Shown: positions 36,645-46,243 of the stretch, in pieces
Layout: the number at the start of each line of letters is the position of its first letter
Position numbering within the stretch: the stretch's first letter is position 1
Assembly (NCBI GenBank): GCA_038046385.1
Contig: JBBSWH010000011.1
Coordinates: 71,815 to 135,814 of the forward strand
Reading direction: 5' to 3'
Length of the DNA: 64,000 nucleotides
Source: Nanobdellota archaeon
Lineage (GTDB): Archaea; Nanobdellota; Nanobdellia; Woesearchaeales; GW2011-AR4
Position numbers and translations under genes: made by a program
Notes under the pieces: generated by a model
What the model was told of the DNA's origin: nothing
Databases searched by the model: none
The model's input: only the letters and a program-made list of their open reading frames with translations

Positions 36645-39600
36645 AAAAACAGATTAAATCAAGATTGATGGACTTTTCATTAGTTTTAATGCTGCAAATC
36701 ATACTGACTCTCCCATTTTACAGTGCAACTGCTTATGGATTATCAATAACCGACATCAAAATAACGCAGGTTACTGCAAGCTCTGCAACAATAAAATGGA
36801 ATACTGATGCTGCTTCAAGCGGCAAGGTGAAATATGGCAGCACATCTGCACTGGGATACACGCAAAGGCACGACAACTTTCTGCAGACACATACCCTTAC
36901 TCTGACAAACGGATTAAACAGCGAGACAAAATATTATTTTATAGTTGAAGCAACTGATGCAAACAGCGTTACAATTGTAAGCAACAACTCAGACAATTTT
37001 TACACTTTTATTACGTTAGATATAACTCCGCCGCAGCAGGTTTCTCCGTTGACACTCATTTCAGCAGGAACAGATTATATTGCAGTTTCATGGTCTCCGG
37101 TTTCTGCTCCTGACTTCAACCATTATGCCGTTTATGTCAATAGAAAATGGGTTGCAAACACAACCTCGACAAAATTTAATGCAACCGGCCTTGCATCGGC
37201 AACATCATTTAACCTAAAAGTTGCCGCTGTTGACAACAGCAACAACGAAGGAGCGCAGTCCGATTCATTGATAGCATCTACAATTGTGCAGGATTCAGAA
37301 GTTCCAATTATAACTAATGCCAACACAATACCTATAACAGACACTTCATCAAAAGTAGTGTGGGAAACAAGCGAAGACTCATCTTCAACAGTATTCTATG
37401 GAATAAACAAAACCAATCTTGTAAAAACAGCAACCGGCTTGTCAAAAAACCATTCTGTAACGCTTGATGCTCTTGTTAAAAATACAAAATACTCTTTTGC
37501 TGCAAATTCATGCGACTCGGCAAACAACTGTATAAACTCTTCAGGAGAATTCATTGCAGGCAAGGATGACACTCCTCCTTTTATCAATCTAACAATTCCA
37601 AGATATTACAACAGGGAAGTAATTGACCTTGCAGGTTCAACAGAGCCGTATTCAACTTTGAAAGTGTTTGTCAACAACATGAATGCCCCTTTCAAGTCAT
37701 TCACCAGCGACGAGCTTGCTTCCGGAAGATTTTCAATAACCCAAATAAGATTAGAGAAAGACAACCAGATAAAAATAGAAGTTATTGATAAAGCAAACAA
37801 TCCAAACGAAAAGACATTCGAGATTACTGTAGATACAATCAAGCCAATAATAACCTTAAACAAGCTTCCGAACATAACGACAAACTCCACAATAAAAATA
37901 AGCGGCACAGTAAACGAGCCGGTTATAGTGAAGGTTTTCCTTGACGCGAATGTCAATTATTCAAAAGTTCCTGCAAAAATAACGGGATTGAACACAACTT
38001 ACATAGGCAAAAATTCTGTTGAGATGGAATGGAAAGAATCTACTGACAAAGATTTCAGCCATTATGCTGTTTACCGCGATAATGTCCCGATAGCAATAAT
38101 AAAACCAGCTAACTTTAATTTGTTTGTTGATGCTCTTGCCGATACAGGAAAAAAATACACTTACAGGGTTTCTGCTGTCAACACATTCGGAAAAGAAGGC
38201 GCAAAATCGGATGCGTTAACTGTAACGGCTTTAACTGGAGGAAGTGTTCTTGGATTAAACTATCCTGCAATAGATCCTCTTGAAGATTTCAGAAAGCCGT
38301 CCATGGAAGTGAATGCTACAAATTCATTTAGTTTCCAGTTAAAACTGACTAAAGGAGATGGAGATTACAAAATAAAGCTTATTTTTGAGGATATTGCAGG
38401 AAATGATGTTGTTTTTGAAAGAACAGCAGAGCTGGATACTAAAAACCCGACAGTGAAGATAGTTTCTCCGCAAAACGGCGCTTTTGTCTATGAGAATGTT
38501 GCCGGCGGAATTGATATTGTTGGAAAAACCGAGCCAAATACAAAAGTTTACGTGTACATCAACAGGGCTCCTTTAAGCGCCTATGACTTTTCTACCCAGG
38601 TAAGCGGAATGCCAAATGAGGCAATTTCTTCTTCAGAAACCCTGCTTGACGCAGACATAAAATTGGTTACAAACAACCTGCAAAATTTATCAGAAGCATC
38701 TCTCGATTCAAAATGCAAGACAGGAAGCTGCACAGGGGCAGATTATGCTGTTAATTCTGATTCTGCAGGAAACTTCAAAATAGAAAATGTTGATCTTGCT
38801 TCATTGTTTAGCATTGGCGGAAGAATAAGCCAAGTTTCTCCGTCGCAGATAAGAGATGTACAATTAAACCAAGAAGCTAAAGATTCAAGGACGACCAGCA
38901 TAATTGCAATTGCAACAGACAAAGCGGGAAAAAGGGGAATTGATGTCAGCAAGGTAAAGATAGGAAACTGCTGGTCAGGAAATCAAAGTTGGGATGTGAT
39001 TCCTTTGACGCAATACCAAAGCCCAACATTCCTAAGCACAGAAAGGATGAGAGAAGGAACAGAAACGCTATACTTTTTGTTTAATTATTCTTATATCGGA
39101 AGAGGAGAAAATGCTCACATCAAAACAGTTTCAATGTCAAAAGCGTGCGGAACAGCAGATATAATCGATCCAAGGTTTAATTTAAGCTGCAAGGTAATGC
39201 CATCCGGAAATGTTCCTTTTCTCCTTAACAAACCAGAAAATGATGTTTCATATTCTGCAATGCTCTTAAGCAGGTTCAGCCAGACTGATAAATTTGTAGA
39301 TAACGACTGGAAAAGTTTCTTGGGATTAAACGGGGAAATGACTTTCCCGTTCAAATTAAGAATAACTTATGAGCACGAGATACTAAAAGATGACGGAACA
39401 ACTCAAAAAGTAACAGAAACGCAGACAACATGCGAACAAGTAGGATACATCTTGGACAAAAACCTAATAGACCCAAGAAAAGTTCTTCCGGATTTCCTGC
39501 TTAATGATTTTGCAGACTTTTTGCAGGACTCGACAAAAACACTTACAGACGTCCAAAACCAGATTGACAAAGTTGTTGATTACGTTGCAATAGGGTGTAT

Positions 39601-42600
39601 CTCCTCATTTTTTGGGAACTTTGTTGCAAAGGCTTACAGAATGTGGGCAGAATTTAAAGATGAAAAGATGCCAACTGTTTCTGATGGATGTCCTGAGGCT
39701 ATTGCCAGCGCAATAAAAACTAAAGGATTTAAAATAAACTCTCTAAGAGACGCTGATTTGAAAACGTGCCTTCCAGGCACAGCAAGCGCGTGGGCAACAG
39801 AATCAAAAATGTACCAGCTTCAGAGATGGAGCTGCGACAGAATCTTCGGGCATTCAGCTCCTTCGAAATGGACAGTAGACAAGAGTGATGTGGAACTAAC
39901 TTCTAAAATAGATACTAAACAAACATGTTCTTCTGACGGAGATACAAAGGGAAGGCAGATTTATGCAGAGGATTGCAGGAAACTCATTCAAACAGTTTTC
40001 AAAGGGTTAAATAACAACATAGGCGCTTACCAGCCTGGAGACAAATGCTTTGATATTCACGAAGGCAACTCAAAGTCAATGTACAAGCTTGGAAATCAAA
40101 TTGAAAACAATGTTTATGAGCTCCAATATGTCCCGGGTTCAGGCTCTCAAATAGAGCTCAGTTATGCAATCAAGCAAAGCAACAGCAACTTTATGACAGC
40201 ACAGTCAGGAACATGCGATGATGTTTGTGGCATAAATAAAGAAGATAAACAGGCTGGCAAGATGACTTTTGGAGATAATACATTTACGTTGCACAAAGGG
40301 GCTTTTAATTCAAAAGATTCGGAAGAAATAGGCAGGAGTGGAAGCGGTTGCGTTACAGTAAATGAATGCAGACAACTAATAGCGACAGCGGCAAAAGATA
40401 AGTCATTGACAATTCCAGGTGTAGGTTTAATAGAAAATCCAAATGTGTATCGGGGAGGATATTCAAAAAATTGCTTCTATAATGATAAAGATTCTTCAAC
40501 AGTTAATCCAACGAATGCAAACACAAGACAGGAATGCTGCTGCGTAAAAGGAAAAGGCTCTGATTCAAAACCTAATCCATATTATGGGCCATCCGATGTC
40601 GAATCCAAATCAAGCCCGGGAAGCCAAGCAACAGCTATTGATGACATGAAATGGAGCTACAGGTATTCAAGAATAAACTATAATGATAAAAAGTATAATC
40701 CTAACAGGTATATTGAAGGGCGTGATTTGCCTGCGTGCTTCGGGCAAGATAGTTTCTTGCATACTGCATTGAATAGAAAAGAAGAAGTTCTTGTCCTAGA
40801 TCCATTTAAGCAGCACACAGCAGCAATGCAGTGCTTGTTTTTAACCGGAATAAATCAAAGGCTGCAGATGTTTAAGAACGTGATGACTTCAATGTCAAAC
40901 TGCCTTGTTGAAGTCAGGGAAAGCGGAAGAGCCGATACTGGAGTGTGCAAAGAGCTTTTCACGCAGCATGTCTGCGACGTAGTATGGCAAGGAGTTAATT
41001 TCTTTGTCAATCCTGGCTGCGGCACAGAAGAAACCGGAAATGGAATGAGTATAAGAGAAGATGAAGTTACTGATAATTTAAGATTAGGATTCAAGAGTAT
41101 TGCAAGCGGAATATCAAAAACTCAGCAGGAAATAATGCAAGAGTATCCTACTACTCAGATTGGAACACTGCTCGGCACAGGCGGAGAAAGTGTCTCAAGA
41201 AAAATATGCCTTGGCGCATTTGGCTATGACTGGGCATTGAACACAAGAAATCTGATTGATATAGCATATTCTGCGCCGTTTGCAACATTAGTACAGCCAG
41301 TTACAAAATCAAGAGAGTTCTTAACAGTTGATCCCTTGACATTAAAGCCAAAATACGAATACAGCGCATCATGGTTCATTAACCCAGGATGCGATTTAGA
41401 AAACTACAATGTGCAATTGGCATGCATTTCAAGAAAGGAACTGGACGAATATCCAAACTCGATAAAATGTTCTTCTGTTGGTGCTGGTTCAATTTTGGAT
41501 GTTGTGCCTGCAGGAACAAGCGAAGGTTACAGCAGCTGCGACTGTTTGGAATTGCCGCAGGAAGTTACGCAACAATTTATTTCAGAGCCAAAGCTCAAGC
41601 AGAATGCACCGATTGACAGAAGCTACCGCAAAGTTGTTGACTCAAACTACAGATACGATCATTTGAAGTTCACATTAAAAACAGACAGGAAAATACCAGC
41701 AAACATCCAGTCAAGCTGCTTCCCAACAGGATATGAAAAAGGAGTTTTCTATTCGCCTATACTTGACAAGACAGCAAGGGATATTACAGATTGCACAATA
41801 CAGCCAACAAGCGGCGTAATGTCATGCGGCGGCGGAAATGCATTCTTCAGCAGGAAAGGAACTGTGCAACTAATAGGAGTAACTTTAAATGATGTTGATG
41901 CTGAAAAAGCCCCTGGAAGAACTGTTGAAGCAAGAGTTGGAGAAACATTGACCGTTTCTGCAAAAGTAACAAAAACAGGATTGGGTAAATGCATGAAAGT
42001 TTCATTATCCCCTGACCCAATAGAGCCGCAGTATGTTCCAATAGATGTAGACGGAACATCTGATGTGTCTGTTCACTTTGATGGATTGTCAATATATGGC
42101 ACAGCAGGAAACACTGTTGCAAGGTTCATAAAAATAGGCTCATTGATACAAAGCAATGACCACATAGTATCAATTAAGATTAACATAACAGATAATAATG
42201 AAACAATCAACGGAAGGCCAAATCCGGGAATTGGAACATACACTTCTGATGATTATGTTACAATTGACGATGCAAAAGTCAGCCTGATAGACGGAAGCGT
42301 CCAGAACAATAACAACGAGAATCTGAAAATAACAGTAAATGGAAATTCAATAAATGTAGAAAAAGACGGCGCTTCTTTTGCAATAACAGGAGTCAATTGG
42401 CAAAGAAATGTGGACAAAAGATTTGAAGCAGTTGAGACAATAATAATAAACCCGCAGCAGCAGGGAAGCACAACATCGCAGAAAAAAACAGTGAAGATTG
42501 AGATTTTCAACATGAAAGAAGGAGTTGAATCTTACAACGATGTTACTGACTGCAGTATAAATGATGTAGCTCTTCCTGCAAAGAGTTATTATGTGATGGT

Positions 42601-42925
42601 GGGCCAGAAAGGAGCGACTGCAGATCAAATAACGCCAGTGCCTGCAAATCCTGTATGGAGTCCAACAAGCCCAACTGTTTGGCAAGACATGGTAATCAAA
42701 ATACAGATAAGAAACTCGCAGAATGTTGAAAGAGTAGAAATAGAATTAGTCGGTGCAGACCAAGTTCCTTACAAAGAGGTTATGCAGCCGCTGGATAATG
42801 GTTGGTATGAATACAGATTTGCTCCAACTGTTGCAGGAATATACAATAATAACATTAATGCCATAGACAAAGACGGAAAATCCCATAATAAGCAGTTCAC
42901 TTTCACAGCAAGAGAGCAGAAATAA
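36641..42925 (+). CDS. Giant (2094 aa) secreted protein: FN3/Ig domains plus Cys-rich helical core, module 2
   Basis: ILTLPFY signal, FN3 motifs (ATIKWNTD, YxVY, Y.YRVSAVN), DxxxP Ig boundaries, Cys pattern shared with 27362-30508. Confidence 0.85.
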   Translation: MKKQIKSRLMDFSLVLMLQIILTLPFYSATAYGLSITDIKITQVTASSATIKWNTDAASSGKVKYGSTSALGYTQRHDNFLQTHTLTLTNGLNSETKYYFIVEATDANSVTIVSNNSDNFYTFITLDITPPQQVSPLTLISAGTDYIAVSWSPVSAPDFNHYAVYVNRKWVANTTSTKFNATGLASATSFNLKVAAVDNSNNEGAQSDSLIASTIVQDSEVPIITNANTIPITDTSSKVVWETSEDSSSTVFYGINKTNLVKTATGLSKNHSVTLDALVKNTKYSFAANSCDSANNCINSSGEFIAGKDDTPPFINLTIPRYYNREVIDLAGSTEPYSTLKVFVNNMNAPFKSFTSDELASGRFSITQIRLEKDNQIKIEVIDKANNPNEKTFEITVDTIKPIITLNKLPNITTNSTIKISGTVNEPVIVKVFLDANVNYSKVPAKITGLNTTYIGKNSVEMEWKESTDKDFSHYAVYRDNVPIAIIKPANFNLFVDALADTGKKYTYRVSAVNTFGKEGAKSDALTVTALTGGSVLGLNYPAIDPLEDFRKPSMEVNATNSFSFQLKLTKGDGDYKIKLIFEDIAGNDVVFERTAELDTKNPTVKIVSPQNGAFVYENVAGGIDIVGKTEPNTKVYVYINRAPLSAYDFSTQVSGMPNEAISSSETLLDADIKLVTNNLQNLSEASLDSKCKTGSCTGADYAVNSDSAGNFKIENVDLASLFSIGGRISQVSPSQIRDVQLNQEAKDSRTTSIIAIATDKAGKRGIDVSKVKIGNCWSGNQSWDVIPLTQYQSPTFLSTERMREGTETLYFLFNYSYIGRGENAHIKTVSMSKACGTADIIDPRFNLSCKVMPSGNVPFLLNKPENDVSYSAMLLSRFSQTDKFVDNDWKSFLGLNGEMTFPFKLRITYEHEILKDDGTTQKVTETQTTCEQVGYILDKNLIDPRKVLPDFLLNDFADFLQDSTKTLTDVQNQIDKVVDYVAIGCISSFFGNFVAKAYRMWAEFKDEKMPTVSDGCPEAIASAIKTKGFKINSLRDADLKTCLPGTASAWATESKMYQLQRWSCDRIFGHSAPSKWTVDKSDVELTSKIDTKQTCSSDGDTKGRQIYAEDCRKLIQTVFKGLNNNIGAYQPGDKCFDIHEGNSKSMYKLGNQIENNVYELQYVPGSGSQIELSYAIKQSNSNFMTAQSGTCDDVCGINKEDKQAGKMTFGDNTFTLHKGAFNSKDSEEIGRSGSGCVTVNECRQLIATAAKDKSLTIPGVGLIENPNVYRGGYSKNCFYNDKDSSTVNPTNANTRQECCCVKGKGSDSKPNPYYGPSDVESKSSPGSQATAIDDMKWSYRYSRINYNDKKYNPNRYIEGRDLPACFGQDSFLHTALNRKEEVLVLDPFKQHTAAMQCLFLTGINQRLQMFKNVMTSMSNCLVEVRESGRADTGVCKELFTQHVCDVVWQGVNFFVNPGCGTEETGNGMSIREDEVTDNLRLGFKSIASGISKTQQEIMQEYPTTQIGTLLGTGGESVSRKICLGAFGYDWALNTRNLIDIAYSAPFATLVQPVTKSREFLTVDPLTLKPKYEYSASWFINPGCDLENYNVQLACISRKELDEYPNSIKCSSVGAGSILDVVPAGTSEGYSSCDCLELPQEVTQQFISEPKLKQNAPIDRSYRKVVDSNYRYDHLKFTLKTDRKIPANIQSSCFPTGYEKGVFYSPILDKTARDITDCTIQPTSGVMSCGGGNAFFSRKGTVQLIGVTLNDVDAEKAPGRTVEARVGETLTVSAKVTKTGLGKCMKVSLSPDPIEPQYVPIDVDGTSDVSVHFDGLSIYGTAGNTVARFIKIGSLIQSNDHIVSIKINITDNNETINGRPNPGIGTYTSDDYVTIDDAKVSLIDGSVQNNNNENLKITVNGNSINVEKDGASFAITGVNWQRNVDKRFEAVETIIINPQQQGSTTSQKKTVKIEIFNMKEGVESYNDVTDCSINDVALPAKSYYVMVGQKGATADQITPVPANPVWSPTSPTVWQDMVIKIQIRNSQNVERVEIELVGADQVPYKEVMQPLDNGWYEYRFAPTVAGIYNNNINAIDKDGKSHNKQFTFTAREQK

Positions 42926-42926
42926 A

Positions 42927-43739
42927 ATGCCAAGCATTATTTTTTCTTCACTGAAAGAATCATTCTCTGCTTTTTTTAAATATAAAAAAATAGTTTTAAT
43001 TTTGTTTGTCCTGCAGATAATTTTGCTCGTTTCCCTTTCTTATGTGAACATGGCTTATGGAACAAAAATAATTGAAAATCAACAAGAAATATTTGACTAC
43101 CTGAGCAAACTGGAACTTGACGAGTCAAAGATTGCAGACAACATACTGCAGCAAAAAAATCTTCTTGGAGATGATCCTTTATCAATTTCGAGGAATTTCA
43201 ACGATATGAAATATAATCTTAGAATTTACATGGCCTGGTTTTTCTTTTTGCTTCTAATTTTTATGTCTTATTGCTGGACTCTGTCGCATAAGACAGCAAA
43301 TCCAAAGCAAAAATCATTTTCAAAAATATTTTTTATAACATTTTCATATCTGGCGATAATGCTCCTGCTGTTTTTGTGGATATTCAGCATTTCGCTTTCC
43401 GAAATAACGTCTGAAAGCACACAATTCTTTTCAAAGTATATCTTGTTGTTTGCATTCATTCTCGTGCTTGCATATTTTATGTTTATTTCACTGGCTTTGG
43501 CAGGCAAGACAGAATTAAAACATATTTTGGAGAAAACTCTTGTTGTCGGAATCAGAAAAGCGCATTACATCATTGCAGCTTATTCCATTAATATTCTATT
43601 TTTTGTTTTATTCGGATTTTTATTGCTGTATTCGATTGAGAAAAGTTTTATTGTGGTGTTTTTTTCAATATTTTTAATAATAATAAATTTTATTTTCTCA
43701 AGAATTTTTATAATAAATATGATTAGAAGACTGGATTAA
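42927..43739 (+). CDS. Multi-pass membrane protein, module 2
   Basis: About 6 TM helices, DP-containing loop after TM1 as in 33400-34200. Confidence 0.8.
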   Translation: MPSIIFSSLKESFSAFFKYKKIVLILFVLQIILLVSLSYVNMAYGTKIIENQQEIFDYLSKLELDESKIADNILQQKNLLGDDPLSISRNFNDMKYNLRIYMAWFFFLLLIFMSYCWTLSHKTANPKQKSFSKIFFITFSYLAIMLLLFLWIFSISLSEITSESTQFFSKYILLFAFILVLAYFMFISLALAGKTELKHILEKTLVVGIRKAHYIIAAYSINILFFVLFGFLLLYSIEKSFIVVFFSIFLIIINFIFSRIFIINMIRRLD

Positions 43740-45046
43740 GCTGCTTTTGCTTCACTTGATTCAGAAGATTCGCCTTTGGATTCTTTTGCATCGGATTTTG
43801 ATTCCCTTGCATCCCCTTTTGCATCAGGTTTTTCATATTTTCCGCTTGGTTTTTCGTATTTTCCTTTTGAAGTTGCACTTTTTCTTGATATTGGAATTGC
43901 GCCGCCTTCTCTCTCGGCAATGGCTTCCAGCCCTTCTGATGTGGAGTAATGCGAACCACTTACAAGAGGCCCCATTGTTTCATTAACCCTGTCGTTTACA
44001 TATTTATGCGCATCCTCAGGATCAATTCCCATAGCCTCTGCTTCTGCTGTGAATTTCCTGACCATTGCATCAAGCCTGCCGTCATGCTCAGTATGCAGAA
44101 GCCCTGAAAGTCTGTGTGATAATGAATGCGCATTTGCATAATCAGCACCTTCCTTTGCGAGTGCCTGGTAAATTCTGCTTTTTTTTGAGCCCTTATGCCT
44201 TTGAGCCATCATTGAATAGAATTCTGCCTGCAACAAGCCCTGAAGCCTTTCTGATTTGACTCCGGCTACGTGAGCAAGCTCGTGAAATGTGATTGTGTTT
44301 TCAACTGCTTCAATCGCTTCGTCCCCTCTTAACCCATAGCGTGATGCAAGAACCCTTGCCTTGTCCCTAAAATCAACTTCAGTGACCAAATATCCAAGAT
44401 CAGGATAATACGCTGCAGTAAACTTTGCCTTTTCAACTCCGAAACCAAGGATTCCGGCTTTTCCAGAGTTGTCAGCATTGAACCCTTTTTTGTTAAGGAA
44501 CCCTATCCATTCAGAAGCTTCACTCCGGTACCTGCTCGCTTCACCAAAAAGAATTTTTCTGTACCTTGCTTCGTTGTTAGCGTCTTTTGAAACATAAAAC
44601 CCGACTCTGTTTGGATCAACAGCTTCCACGATTCTTGGTGTTGTTTTTAAATCTATTTTTGTATCGTTCGGATGCGGAAGCCAAATTCCGAGCTCTGTTG
44701 CTCCTCTTATGTATGAAGTGTCCGGCATCTTCATAATGTAATTATTTCTTGAAGGGGGATTTATTGTGCTGTTTGCAATCCACCTGTCCATTCCTCTGTC
44801 GTCAATCTGCGTTATCGGGCCGTGATACATCAAGCTGTTAAGCGACGTCTTGTACTGATTTCCTGAAGAAGTGATTGTAACAGCATCTCCGCCTTTATCT
44901 GCATAGGACCACTGTCCATGCCCATAAGAAGAAACAGTCGGAGGCATTGGGATGCCTGAGATTATCTTGTCAGGCTTTATCTTAGGGCTGTGTTTAGTAG
45001 AATCTCCTCTAAATACATGACTGCTTAATATCGGATAACTTGTCAT
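43736..45046 (-). CDS. Hypothetical protein with HExxH zincin-like motif and low-complexity tail
   Basis: TFHELAHVAG; tail repeats GKYEKP x2, SDAK/ESK; ends EAKAA. Confidence 0.7.
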   Translation of the reverse strand: MTSYPILSSHVFRGDSTKHSPKIKPDKIISGIPMPPTVSSYGHGQWSYADKGGDAVTITSSGNQYKTSLNSLMYHGPITQIDDRGMDRWIANSTINPPSRNNYIMKMPDTSYIRGATELGIWLPHPNDTKIDLKTTPRIVEAVDPNRVGFYVSKDANNEARYRKILFGEASRYRSEASEWIGFLNKKGFNADNSGKAGILGFGVEKAKFTAAYYPDLGYLVTEVDFRDKARVLASRYGLRGDEAIEAVENTITFHELAHVAGVKSERLQGLLQAEFYSMMAQRHKGSKKSRIYQALAKEGADYANAHSLSHRLSGLLHTEHDGRLDAMVRKFTAEAEAMGIDPEDAHKYVNDRVNETMGPLVSGSHYSTSEGLEAIAEREGGAIPISRKSATSKGKYEKPSGKYEKPDAKGDARESKSDAKESKGESSESSEAKAA

Positions 45047-45151
45047 TTTCTTAATAGCTCTAAAATATTGATTTCAAACACTCTGAAATTTTTTCAATAG
45101 TGTACCTAGTGGTATTAAAATAAAATTAAAAAGAAAAGAAAGAAAATAAGC

Positions 45152-45964
45152 TTAAGCAGCTTTATCCATTTTATAATGCTGGCCTGCGTGGTTCGAAGGA
45201 CCTATATGTCCTGCTACCTTACCCTCATGTGGGTGCTTCAGGTATGTTTTTCCTGTCTGAGCCGCATATGCCCTGCTTGCAATCTGAGCCATTTCGTTTA
45301 TCTCTCTTAGAGCTTCTCCTGCTGTTGCAGTTCCTGCTAGAGGTATTCCGAAAGTTCTGCTTATGCCTTCTTGTAGTGCTATTCCTACTTCAGGCTGAGC
45401 CCATTTTTCCTGTATTAGGGCTTGTAAGTAGTTTATCCTCTTCGATTCAGTATCTCTTTGCGTTGCAGCATACTGCACCAACTGAGCCAATGGAGAATTT
45501 GCATCATAAAGCGGATCTCCCGGCCTTGCAGCAGCAAGGTTCATGATTGCTTTGGTTAATTCTGTCACGTTTCCAATAGTAGGATTTCCAAGTGCGTTTG
45601 CCGCAGTAGTCAAATAATTTCTAGCCTGTTCACTCGTAAAATCTTCAAGCTTTCCCTTGTAACCATCAGATTGTGCGACCTCAAAAGCAAGAGTTTTTAT
45701 CATTTTGTCAGCATGCTCTTTTGATGCCTTTACATCAGTTCCTAAAATTGCTTTTACTTTATCCTCTAATTTGCTGGTATTTGCACTAATCCTTCTCTGT
45801 CTCACAATCAAAGGATGCTCTGCAGCATGTCCATCATGTTCGCCATGCGGCACCTGATAAGCATGTGCCATTTCATTTATAGCAGCATCTAAAGAAACTC
45901 CATTAAGCATTAATCCGTTATCATGTCCACCATGTCCGTGTGCGTCTGTCATTTTGTTTTCCAC
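45152..45964 (-). CDS. His-rich helical hypothetical protein
   Basis: HGHGGHD, HGEHDGH; GAAGGGGTGG RBS; ends MDKAA. Confidence 0.75.
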   Translation of the reverse strand: MENKMTDAHGHGGHDNGLMLNGVSLDAAINEMAHAYQVPHGEHDGHAAEHPLIVRQRRISANTSKLEDKVKAILGTDVKASKEHADKMIKTLAFEVAQSDGYKGKLEDFTSEQARNYLTTAANALGNPTIGNVTELTKAIMNLAAARPGDPLYDANSPLAQLVQYAATQRDTESKRINYLQALIQEKWAQPEVGIALQEGISRTFGIPLAGTATAGEALREINEMAQIASRAYAAQTGKTYLKHPHEGKVAGHIGPSNHAGQHYKMDKAA

Positions 45965-46243
45965 CCCTTCTTTTTTGTTATTCTTTTTAGTTTAAATTTT
46001 TTATGAATGTTTGTTTTCTTTTGTTACTACCTATTAATAACAACACTTATATTTAAACCTTTCGGTTCTGAAACCCATAAGTTTCAGTTTCAAAACTATA
46101 CTATTTGTTATTACCATTAAGTAACAAACTTATATATAAATCTTATGGTATTGTATACTAATCCTATTTATTTTCAATATAGAAATAAATATCCAAGCAA
46201 AAGATTTATATGCTATCTATATATACTCAATATTGAGTTTCTA

